Origin: Candidatus Eiseniibacteriota bacterium
Lineage (GTDB): Bacteria; Eisenbacteria; RBG-16-71-46; SZUA-252
Assembly (NCBI GenBank): GCA_041486775.1
Contig: JBGPMB010000002.1
Location: 1-53,296, forward strand
Direction of reading: 5' to 3'
Length of the DNA: 53,296 nucleotides
Part shown: positions 29,319-37,036 of the stretch, in pieces
How positions within the stretch are numbered: position 1 is the stretch's first letter
Layout of the letters: every line of letters begins with the position of its first letter
Program-made: the position numbers and the translations under genes
The notes under the pieces: model-generated
What the model saw: the letters and a program-made list of their open reading frames with translations, nothing else
Told to the model about the DNA's origin: nothing
Database searches by the model: none

Positions 29319-30470
29319 TCACGCGGGAGCGGGGGGATTCCCGTCCCGCTCGCGGTAGCGCTCCGAAAATTCCCGCGCGTACGAGTGCAGGTCGCCGCGC
29401 TCGATCGCGCGGCGGGCGGCTGCCATCAGTGTCTGGTAAAACGTGACGTTGTGCAAGGTCAGCATTCGGTGTGCGAGGATCTCGCCGGCGAGATGCAGAT
29501 GCCGCAGATAGGCGCGGGTGAAGAGCGCGCACGCCTCGCAGGCGCAGGCCGGATCGAGCGGCCGGTCGGAGCGCGTGTGCTCGGCGTTTCGGATGTTCAC
29601 GGGCCCTTCGCTCGTGAACGCCATCCCGTTCCGCGCGTTTCTCGTGGGGAGCACGCAGTCGAAGAGATCGATGCCGCAGGCGATTCCATCCAGGAGGTCG
29701 CGCGGCGTGCCCATGCCCATGAGGTAACGCGGCCGGTCCGGCGGCAAGACCTCCGTGACGGCGCGGGCCAGCTCCCAGGTCTCCTCCTTGGTCTCACCCA
29801 CGGAGAGCCCCCCGATCGCGAACCCGTCGCACGGATGAGGGGCGGTCCGCTCCGCCATCTCCCGGCGCAGCGCCGGATCGCCTCCCCCCTGGACGATGGC
29901 GAAGAGGAGCTGCCGGTATCCGCCGGGGGTCGTGAGCGTGCGCGCGTGCCGGAGCGAGCGCTCCGTCCACCGGAGCGTGCGCTCTCCGGCCTCGCGCTGC
30001 GCCGCGAGGCCGAGCGGAAGCAGCACGGCATGGTCGAGCGTCACCGCGATGTCGGAGCCCAGGTCCGCCTGGACCTCCATCGAGCGCTCCGGGCTCAGGA
30101 ATTCCAGGGCGCCGTCCAGATGCGAGCGGAACTCGACTCCATCCTCGCTGACGTTCACCAGCCCCTTCAGGCTCAGGACCTGATAGCCGCCGCTATCGGT
30201 GAGAATGGGGCCGTCCCACGCCATGAGCCGGTGGAGACCGCCCAGGGAGCGGATGAGCCCGGAGCCGGGCCGGAGCATCAAGTGGTAGGTGTTGGAGAGG
30301 AGGATGCGCGTCCCGGCGGCACGGAGATCGGCGGGGGTGAGGCCCTTCACGGTGCCCTGCGTCCCGACCGGCATGAACGCGGGCGTGGGAACCTCGCCGT
30401 GGGGGGTGGCAAGGGTCCCGGCGCGCGGGCCCGAGCGCGCCTCCCCCGATGTGACCGTGAAGAGCTTCAG
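29319..30470 (-). CDS. tgt: queuine tRNA-ribosyltransferase
   Basis: TPAFMPVGTQGTVKG, LTDSGGYQV, DCVLPTR and the CxCxxC...H zinc site (CACEACALFTRAYLRHL). The only start-like codon at the family N-terminus is CTG 30470..30468, overlapping the upstream stop (CTGA). Confidence 0.9.
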   Translation of the reverse strand: MKLFTVTSGEARSGPRAGTLATPHGEVPTPAFMPVGTQGTVKGLTPADLRAAGTRILLSNTYHLMLRPGSGLIRSLGGLHRLMAWDGPILTDSGGYQVLSLKGLVNVSEDGVEFRSHLDGALEFLSPERSMEVQADLGSDIAVTLDHAVLLPLGLAAQREAGERTLRWTERSLRHARTLTTPGGYRQLLFAIVQGGGDPALRREMAERTAPHPCDGFAIGGLSVGETKEETWELARAVTEVLPPDRPRYLMGMGTPRDLLDGIACGIDLFDCVLPTRNARNGMAFTSEGPVNIRNAEHTRSDRPLDPACACEACALFTRAYLRHLHLAGEILAHRMLTLHNVTFYQTLMAAARRAIERGDLHSYAREFSERYRERDGNPPAPA

Positions 30471-31699
30471 AGACCGGCGCGCGCCAGGATCGGGTCCAAG
30501 TCCCCGCGGGTGAGCGGGAGGGCGAGCGTGCCCTGCTCCGCGCCCTCCGTCGCGGTGGGAGAGAGGATGACGATGCGTTCCGGGCCACCGATTCCCATGG
30601 CGGCGATCCGCTCCATCACCCAAACGGCGCCCCGCGGAGGCAGCGTGCGCTCCAGAACATAGAGGGAGGGAGGCCTTCCGAGGGCGGCCCGCTCGAGCGC
30701 GCGGACGCCGTGCGGCGCCTCCTCGACACGGAGCCCGCGCTGTTCCAGGAGAATCCGCACCCACGCGCGGGTGACGGCCGATCGATGCGCGATCAGCACC
30801 AGCTCCGGATCGACCGGCTCGGCGGAGTCCTTTCCCGAAGCACTCCTCCCGTCCGGATCGGGCCTCTCGTAGGCGAAGCGCTCCCCCCACCGGACGGGTG
30901 TGAGCCCCAGGTCCTCCTCACCGATCGAATCCTCGGCGCCGAGAAGGAGCACGCCGCCGGGCGAAAGCGCCCGCACGAGATTCCCGAGGGCCGCGCGGCG
31001 GCCCTCCGCGGTCAGCGTCGGAAGGAATCCGCGCGCGAGGACGAGATCGAAGAGGCCCAGTGGAAGAAGCGAATCCGGCTCGCAGAGGTTGAGGCGCGCA
31101 AAGCGTACATGGGGCTTGAGCGCGCCCGCGACGATCTCGCCGCCGCGCTCGAGGAAGTAGCGCTCGCGGAGCGTGGCAGGAATCGATTCCGCTCGCGAGA
31201 CCGGATAGACCCCGCGCCGCGCGCGCGCCACGGCCCGCGCGCTCAGATCGGCGCCGATCACCTCGAATTCGAACGAGGGGGTTCGGGACCGGACCTCGGC
31301 GAGCGCGATGGCGAGCGAGTAGGCCTCTTCCCCGGTTCCGCACCCGGCGCTCAGGCAGCGGAAGGGGCCCTGGCCCGGGGCTGCCCGCCCCGAGCCCGGA
31401 TCGGAGGCCATCTCGAAGAGCGGAGTGAAATCTTCAGGCGAGCCGAAGACCCGCGACTCGTTGGCGGTGAGCGTCTCGGCCAGGTCTTCCCACGCGGCGC
31501 GATCCCCGGAATAGAGCAGGTACTCCGCGTAGGCTTCGGGCCCGTCGAGGGCCCGGTCCAAGATCCGGTAGCGAAGGCGCGGGAGCACACCCTCGGGAGC
31601 GCACTCGCGAAGCGAGAGCCCGAGGGTCTCGCCGAGGCGTTTCTCCAGGGCGTCGAGAGGGCGGCGCGCGAGGTCGGCGCCGGCCGGTTCAGCCGCCAT
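30467..31699 (-). CDS. CheR-type SAM-dependent methyltransferase fused to a degenerate (pseudo-)receiver domain
   Basis: Starts at ATG 31699 (MAAEPAGADL). CheR motifs are TANESRVFGSPEDF and CLSAGCGTGEEAYSLAIAL. The C-terminal ~115 aa align to CheY-like receivers with the acidic pair -> AH, phospho-Asp -> Glu (LYVLE) and the conserved Lys -> Leu. Confidence 0.75.
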   Translation of the reverse strand: MAAEPAGADLARRPLDALEKRLGETLGLSLRECAPEGVLPRLRYRILDRALDGPEAYAEYLLYSGDRAAWEDLAETLTANESRVFGSPEDFTPLFEMASDPGSGRAAPGQGPFRCLSAGCGTGEEAYSLAIALAEVRSRTPSFEFEVIGADLSARAVARARRGVYPVSRAESIPATLRERYFLERGGEIVAGALKPHVRFARLNLCEPDSLLPLGLFDLVLARGFLPTLTAEGRRAALGNLVRALSPGGVLLLGAEDSIGEEDLGLTPVRWGERFAYERPDPDGRSASGKDSAEPVDPELVLIAHRSAVTRAWVRILLEQRGLRVEEAPHGVRALERAALGRPPSLYVLERTLPPRGAVWVMERIAAMGIGGPERIVILSPTATEGAEQGTLALPLTRGDLDPILARAGL

Positions 31700-33110
31700 A
31701 ACCTCCAGGGGAATCGATCCGGTACTCCTTGAGCTTCGTGCGAAGGGTCTGCCTCGAGATTCCGAGCCATTCGGCGGCCTTGGTCTTGTTTCCCTCGGCC
31801 TGCTCGAGCGCCTTCTCGATCGCCATCCGCTCCGCCATGGCAATGGTCACGATCCCGTGCTCACCCTTGATCTTGCTCTCCAGCACGGCGCTCTGGCCCC
31901 CCACCGCTCCCACGATCTCCAGCGGCAGATGTTCGGGAAGAATCCACTCGTCGCTCTCGAGCAGGATCGCGCGCTCGATCACGTTCCGAAGCTCGCGCAC
32001 GTTCCCCGGCCAGCGGTAGGCGAGGAGCAGCTCCAGCGCGCGGTCGTTGGGACCCTTCACGTTTCGTCCCAGCTCGCGGTTCCAGTGCCCGACGAAATGG
32101 TCGATCAGCGGCGGAATGTCCTCGGGGCGCTCGCGGAGCGGCGGGACCGAGATGCGAATCACGTCCAGCCGGAAGAAGAGATCCTCCCGGAACTTTTCCT
32201 GCTGCACGAGCGTCTTCAAGTCCTTGTTGGTCGCCGCCACGATCCGGGTCTCGACCACGATGTCGCTCACGCCCTGGACGCGCCGGAATCGCTTTTGCTC
32301 CAGCGCGCGCAGGAGCTTGGACTGGGTCGCGAGGCTCATCTCGCCGATCTCGTCGAGGAAGAGCGTGCCTCCGTTCGCCAGCTCCATCAGTCCCTTCTTC
32401 ATCCGCTTGGCGTCGGTGAAGGCGCCCTTCTCGTAGCCGAAGAGCTCCGATTCCAGGAGGGTCTCGGGAATGGCGCTGCAGTTCAGCTCGACGAACGGAC
32501 CGTCGTGCAGCGGCCCCAGGTCGTGGATCTCCCGCGCGAGGAGCTCTTTCCCCACCCCGGTCTCCCCCTGGAGGAGCACGGTGGAGTTTCCCGCGGTCGC
32601 CACTTTCCGGATGGTCTCGAAGATCTTCGCGAGCTTCGAGCTTCCGCCCACGATGAGCGTCGAGCCCGCGCGGCGACGCTCCACCGCGCGCAGCCGCGTC
32701 ACCTCCTCGGAGAGGCGGGTCTGGGAGAGCGCGTTCTTGATCACGAGCTTCATGTGATCCAGCTCGAACGGCTTTCCGATGTAGTCGAAGCATCCCGCCT
32801 TGGTGGCCTCGACCGCGTTTTCGAACTTGCCGAAGGCCGTCATCATCACGACCTGCATGTCGGGATAGCGGGTACGGACCTCGCGCAGGAACTCGAGCCC
32901 GCTTCCGTCCGGCAGCTTCTGGTCGAGCAGCGCGAGATGGAATTCCTCCCGGTTCAAGATCGCCAGAGCCTCGGCTAAGTCTCCGGCCGTCTCCACCCGA
33001 TACCCCTCCTCCGAGAGACCCTCCTTGAGCGCGTACCGGAGGGTCTTCTCGTCGTCCACGACCAGAATCCCGAGCGTCTGTTTAGCGAGGATTACCGCGC
33101 CTGTCTCCAT
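31689..33110 (-). CDS. sigma-54-dependent response regulator (NtrC family: REC + AAA+ + Fis-type HTH)
   Basis: Starts at ATG 33110 (METGAVILAKQTLGILVVDDE). The phospho-acceptor is in LALLDQKLPDGSG, Walker A is GETGVGKE, and ESELFGYEKGAFTDA is a GAFTGA variant. It also has the RWPGNVRELRN motif and a C-terminal HTH, NKTKAAEWLGISRQTLRTKLKEY. Confidence 0.9.
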   Translation of the reverse strand: METGAVILAKQTLGILVVDDEKTLRYALKEGLSEEGYRVETAGDLAEALAILNREEFHLALLDQKLPDGSGLEFLREVRTRYPDMQVVMMTAFGKFENAVEATKAGCFDYIGKPFELDHMKLVIKNALSQTRLSEEVTRLRAVERRRAGSTLIVGGSSKLAKIFETIRKVATAGNSTVLLQGETGVGKELLAREIHDLGPLHDGPFVELNCSAIPETLLESELFGYEKGAFTDAKRMKKGLMELANGGTLFLDEIGEMSLATQSKLLRALEQKRFRRVQGVSDIVVETRIVAATNKDLKTLVQQEKFREDLFFRLDVIRISVPPLRERPEDIPPLIDHFVGHWNRELGRNVKGPNDRALELLLAYRWPGNVRELRNVIERAILLESDEWILPEHLPLEIVGAVGGQSAVLESKIKGEHGIVTIAMAERMAIEKALEQAEGNKTKAAEWLGISRQTLRTKLKEYRIDSPGGYGG

Positions 33111-34278
33111 GTCGTTTCTCCACGGGTAAGTCGATGAGCACGCTCGTTCCCTGCCCGACCACGCTTTCGATCGAGATGGAGCCTCCGTGCTCCCGGATGA
33201 TGGTCTGGCAAATACTGAGACCCAGCCCGGTCCCTTGCGTGCGCGTGGTGTAGAACGGATCGAAGACACGCGCGAGCACGGCCGCGGGAATTCCGGGACC
33301 GTTGTCTTGAACGCGGACTTCCACGAGATCGAGGATCGGAGCCTGGCGTCTTGTGTCCAGCCGGTCTCCGGAGCGCCGGCCGAGCCGCGAGCGCTCGGCG
33401 AGACGCTTGCGGACGGGACCGACGACGATCGAGAGCTCTCCTCCGCGATCCAGCGCCTGGAGCGCGTTCATCAGCACATTGAGCATGACTTGCAGGATTT
33501 GGTCGAGATCGACGTAGACGTCGGGGACCGTGTCGGCGCGCTTTACCTGTAAGAGCACGTTCTGGCGCACGGCCACCTCGTGCACGAGCGTGAGCGCTTT
33601 CTCGAGGGCCGGCAGGATGGACTGACGCTGGAGCTTCGGGGTCGCGGGCCGGGCGAACTGGAGGAGCCCGGTCACGATGCGATCCAGGCGCGACACCTCT
33701 TCCAGGATGAGATCGATGAATTGAGCCCGCGGGTCTCCCACGTCGAGCCGGCGTTTCATCACCTGGGCGGAGGTGCCGATCCCGGCCAGGGGGTTTCGGA
33801 TCTCGTGGGCCACGCCCGCGGCGAGAGCGCCCAGCGAGGCGAGCCGGTCCCGCCGGCGCCACTGGTCCTCGAGCGCCTTCTGCTCGCGCAGATCCTGGAA
33901 CAGGGCGAGGGTGCCCTGGAGCGCGCCGTCCAGCCCTTCGAGCGGAAGGAGCCGCAGGCCCACGGGAAGCACGTCGCCCGATCGCGTGACCACCTCCACC
34001 TCGCGCGATTCCTCCGGGGCCGCGCAGGCGCCGGGGGATACGTGCGACTCGCCGCGGGGCGCCCGCAGGATTCGCGCGACCGCTTCCCCCTCGACCTCCT
34101 CCGCCGCGTAGCCCAGGAGCTTCGAGGCGGCCGGGTTCATGGCCTGGATGGTTCCGTCCCGGCCGATCGCCATCACCCCGAACGGCGCGTGCTTGAGGAA
34201 GCTCCACGCCGCGTCGAGGCCCTGCGGCCCGGGTGGCGCCGGCTCTCCGCCCGCGCGGAGCACGCTCCGGGATCTCAT
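33082..34278 (-). CDS. cytoplasmic PAS-domain sensor histidine kinase
   Basis: ATG 34278 overlaps the upstream stop (ATGA). It has a PAS-like segment (FGVMAIGRDGTIQAMNPAASKLLGY), H-box GVAHEIRNPL, N-box NVLMNALQAL, and G boxes DNGPGIP and GTGLGLSI. No TM segment is seen. Confidence 0.85.
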   Translation of the reverse strand: MRSRSVLRAGGEPAPPGPQGLDAAWSFLKHAPFGVMAIGRDGTIQAMNPAASKLLGYAAEEVEGEAVARILRAPRGESHVSPGACAAPEESREVEVVTRSGDVLPVGLRLLPLEGLDGALQGTLALFQDLREQKALEDQWRRRDRLASLGALAAGVAHEIRNPLAGIGTSAQVMKRRLDVGDPRAQFIDLILEEVSRLDRIVTGLLQFARPATPKLQRQSILPALEKALTLVHEVAVRQNVLLQVKRADTVPDVYVDLDQILQVMLNVLMNALQALDRGGELSIVVGPVRKRLAERSRLGRRSGDRLDTRRQAPILDLVEVRVQDNGPGIPAAVLARVFDPFYTTRTQGTGLGLSICQTIIREHGGSISIESVVGQGTSVLIDLPVEKRHGDRRGNPR

Positions 34279-35171
34279 GCGCGGGCCGCCTCGACGCGAC
34301 GCGCGGCTTCCGCGGCAAGCTCGCGGAGCGAGGGATCGCCGCCCCGCGCGACCGCGCGGAGTCTCGGCAGCGCTTCGGGGTCGCCGAGCGCGCCGAGCGC
34401 TTCGATGGCCGAAGCCCGGACCGGCAGCGCCGCGGTGGAGGCCGCCTCGAGCAAGGCCCCCGCCGCGTCCGGGTCCCGGTGCCGCGCGAGAGCGCGGGCC
34501 GCCGCGCGTCCGACGCCGGCGCTGGGATCGAAGAGAAGGCGCCGGAGCCACGCGGATCGCTCGACTCCCGTGGCCCGCTCCAGCCCCGAGGCGAACGTCT
34601 GTCTCACGCCGGCGTCCGGATCGCGGAGAAGAGGCTCGAGGGGTTCGAGACCCAGCGCCGCCGAGGCGGTGAGCCGGGCGCGCAGGGCGTGGGCGCGAAC
34701 GCGCGGGTCCTCGTCCGCGAGAAGCGCGGCCGCGCACGGGAGCCAGAATTCGCCCTCGTTCAGGCTCATCGCGGCCGCCAGCCTCACCTCCACGTCGGGA
34801 TCGCCGACGGCGGCGGGAAACAAGGCGCCGGCCCGGCGCGGGTCGCACGCCCTGAGGGCAGCGGCGCGCGAGGCGCCGTCTGGAGCGCGATCGAAGAGCG
34901 CCGCCGCGTCGATCTCATGCTCGCGGATGGCGCGGAGCGCGACGAGAGCGGCCTGCCTCACGTCGGGATAGGTGTCGGACAGAAGGGACTCCAGAGCCAC
35001 GCCCGCGTCGGCGCAGCGTAGGAGTCCCAGAGCCTCGGCGGCTTGCGCGCGCACATGCCCCACGGGATCGGCGGTGAGGGAGCGCGCCGCCTCCGCGGCC
35101 CCCGGGCCGCCGGAGCGCCCCGCCAGCGCGACGGAGCGCTCGCGCACCAGCGCAACCTCGAGCGTGGTCAA
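34275..35171 (-). CDS. HEAT-repeat protein (downstream part; same frame as 35172..36083 across one TAG)
   Basis: 298 aa with repeated DPxxxVRxxAAxALG units (DPVGHVRAQAAEALG, YPDVRQAALVAL, DPDVEVRLAAAMSL, DPRVRAHALRA, DPDAGVRQTF). The first codon after the TAG is TTG. Confidence 0.6.
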   Translation of the reverse strand: MTTLEVALVRERSVALAGRSGGPGAAEAARSLTADPVGHVRAQAAEALGLLRCADAGVALESLLSDTYPDVRQAALVALRAIREHEIDAAALFDRAPDGASRAAALRACDPRRAGALFPAAVGDPDVEVRLAAAMSLNEGEFWLPCAAALLADEDPRVRAHALRARLTASAALGLEPLEPLLRDPDAGVRQTFASGLERATGVERSAWLRRLLFDPSAGVGRAAARALARHRDPDAAGALLEAASTAALPVRASAIEALGALGDPEALPRLRAVARGGDPSLRELAAEAARRVEAARA

Positions 35172-36083
35172 CTAGAGGCACGCGGCGAGCGAAGATTCCT
35201 CCCGCACGGCCGCCACCCGGTCGAGCGCGGCCGCGGTCGTGGCGGGGACGTGGGTCGCCGCCTCCGCGATGGCCTGGAGTGCCGGGGCCTCGGCGGATGC
35301 CGCGACCAGCCCGAAGGCCTCCCGCGCCCGGGAGCGGACCGTGCGGTCCGCAGCGTCGAGCAACGGGAGCAGAAGCGTGGGCGCCTCCGCCGGCCTGAGC
35401 CAGGCGAGGAGCGAGATCAGCGCCAGATTCGCGTTCCGGTCTCGGGATTGGGCCAGGCTTCCGATCTTCCGCGCGGGGAAACCCGGAGGCAGGTCGGAGG
35501 CGGCGACCGCGTGCGGGGCGCGCTCGTGGAGGCGCACCACCGCAGCCAGCGCTTCGGCCTCCACGGCCGGGTCGCCGCACTCGAGGAATCTCAGAAGGTC
35601 GGACCGGCAGCGCCGGGTGCCGCTCGCTCCCAGGGCGCGGAGCACCGCGATCCGGACGGCGGCGTCCTCTTCACCCAGTCTGTCGATCAGGAGCTCCTCG
35701 GCGCCGGGTTCCTCCAGCCTCGCGAGCGCGAGCGCCAGGGGTCCTGCCAGCTCCGGGCGCGAGGCGAGGCATTCGGACAGGGTGTCGCAGGCGTGTGGCG
35801 TTCGAAGGGCGGCGAGCGCCTCGGCGGCGGAGACGACGACGTCGGGGCAGGCATCCTCGAGAATGGACGGGAGCAATTCGGGTGGGACCGGGCCCTTGAG
35901 CCCGGGGATCACGCTGATCGCCAGCGAGCGGGTCTCGGGGTCCGGATCGAAAAGACGATCCTCGAGGGCACGGCTCAACTCGGCGCCGGAGTCCTCCGTC
36001 TGGAGTCCCTGCGCCTCGCGGGCCTTAGCGCTCGAATCCGCTCGCTGAAGCAATTGCGCCGCATTCCAGCCGGCTTCCGGCAT
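35172..36083 (-). CDS. HEAT-repeat protein (upstream part; terminated by in-frame TAG at 35174..35172)
   Basis: 303 aa with units such as DPDPETRSLAISVI, CPDVVVSAAEALA, EDAAVRIAVLRALG, DPAVEAEALAAV and DRTVRSRAREAFG. It has an ATG start. Confidence 0.6.
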   Translation of the reverse strand: MPEAGWNAAQLLQRADSSAKAREAQGLQTEDSGAELSRALEDRLFDPDPETRSLAISVIPGLKGPVPPELLPSILEDACPDVVVSAAEALAALRTPHACDTLSECLASRPELAGPLALALARLEEPGAEELLIDRLGEEDAAVRIAVLRALGASGTRRCRSDLLRFLECGDPAVEAEALAAVVRLHERAPHAVAASDLPPGFPARKIGSLAQSRDRNANLALISLLAWLRPAEAPTLLLPLLDAADRTVRSRAREAFGLVAASAEAPALQAIAEAATHVPATTAAALDRVAAVREESSLAACL

Positions 36084-36166
36084 CTTGTCCGCGCTCGACT
36101 CCGCATCCAGGGGTGGAGGGAACTCAGGGCGCCGGTCATGTTCTTACCAGTGACCCTTCGATGCGG

Positions 36167-36349
36167 TCAAGCGGATTCAGGGCGCTCAGGCTCCGGGGGG
36201 GCACTCGCGCGCGCGAGACGGCGCAAGATGAGGTGGCTCAGGACCCGGCGAACCTCGGGGCGGTCGTAGTAGCGGTCTCGGATGCGGCGCCGGACTTCAG
36301 CGATCCGCGAGGACGCGTCGACCTGGGGCTCAATTGAGGTTAGCGGCAC
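36167..36349 (-). CDS. 60-aa protein resembling the C-terminal sigma-28-binding region of FlgM (tentative)
   Basis: GTG start; overlaps the upstream ORF by 20 nt. SRIAEVRRRIRDRYYDRPEVRRVLSHLI follows the FlgM pattern (B. subtilis [26 protein letters not shown]). GC3-rich codons. This is a by-eye comparison only. Confidence 0.35.
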   Translation of the reverse strand: MPLTSIEPQVDASSRIAEVRRRIRDRYYDRPEVRRVLSHLILRRLARASAPPEPERPESA

Positions 36350-36665
36350 GGCTGCGGTCCCTCCGGATCGATGCGATGGCTTCCATCCAGCTATCCTTCA
36401 AGTCGGCGAGCATCTCGGCCGCTTCGTCGAAGCGCCCCTCCGCCGACTCCGTGATGCAAAAATCGAGAATCCCGATCACGCGTCCCGCCACATCCTCGCT
36501 CGCGAGCTCCAGACACTGCATGGACTCGCGGAGCGCCTCCTCGACCACCGGGCGGCTCCCGCTCCGGCACCCCCGGAGCGCGCAGTCGAGGAGGGCCAAG
36601 ACCTCGTCGCAGCGGCGCAGCCAGCGGTCCAGCTCAGCGGGGTTCTCCTCGTACGTCTGACTCAC
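36330..36665 (-). CDS. 111-aa all-helical protein, FliS-like by eye (tentative), translationally coupled to csrA
   Basis: The GTG start overlaps the csrA stop (GTGA). The C-terminal [16 protein letters not shown] resembles B. subtilis FliS DFRDAWKQAIQSERKD. The preceding [25 protein letters not shown] resembles the FliS helix MGAMYDYMYRRLVQANIKND. Confidence 0.4.
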   Translation of the reverse strand: MSQTYEENPAELDRWLRRCDEVLALLDCALRGCRSGSRPVVEEALRESMQCLELASEDVAGRVIGILDFCITESAEGRFDEAAEMLADLKDSWMEAIASIRRDRSRAANLN

Positions 36666-36886
36666 TTCGAGCCGCTTCCCTGGCCGTCGGATACCTCCGG
36701 CTTGACCGCCTGGGCCCTTCGGTTCTCTTCCTGGATGCGCTCGTAGATCTCTTCGCGGTGAACCTTCACACTCGGCGGCGCGTCGATCCCAAGCTTCACG
36801 TGATTACCCTTCACTTCCACGATCGTGATCTTCACGTCGTCTCCGATCCGGATATTTTCGCCAAGCTTTCGGGTCAGGAGGAGCAT
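36662..36886 (-). CDS. csrA: carbon storage regulator CsrA (RNA-binding translational regulator)
   Basis: The C-terminal 74 aa of track ORF 36662..37993 read [55 protein letters not shown]. This is near-identical in pattern to E. coli CsrA. A GAGGG Shine-Dalgarno lies 4 nt upstream of ATG 36886. Confidence 0.9.
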   Translation of the reverse strand: MLLLTRKLGENIRIGDDVKITIVEVKGNHVKLGIDAPPSVKVHREEIYERIQEENRRAQAVKPEVSDGQGSGSK

Positions 36887-37017
36887 CGTGCCCTCGACGA
36901 TCTCCGGCATCCTGCCGGGGGGAGCGTTTTCAACTTGAGCCGGCTCCAGGGCCTCGCCTCGTGCGCGTCCCTTCGCGGCTCGTCCTGATTTTTCTTCGGC
37001 AGGAACCCGCTCCTTCT

Positions 37018-37036
37018 GAACGGGGAATGCCCGTTC
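37018..37036. promoter_or_regulatory. perfect palindrome GAACGGG-N5-CCCGTTC in the csrA / tolB-like divergent intergenic region
   Basis: Read directly. It lies ~135 nt upstream of the csrA ATG and ~60-95 nt upstream of the divergent lipoprotein gene start. Confidence 0.3.

Noticed and set aside
35172-35174. The in-frame TAG in the HEAT frame as evidence for stop-codon reassignment (an alternative genetic code).
   Set aside because: TAG also terminates pilT (970), the 137-aa gene (41474) and ftsZ (49179) at positions matching normal family C-termini. A genome-wide recoding is therefore unlikely; a local nonsense mutation, error or read-through is more parsimonious.
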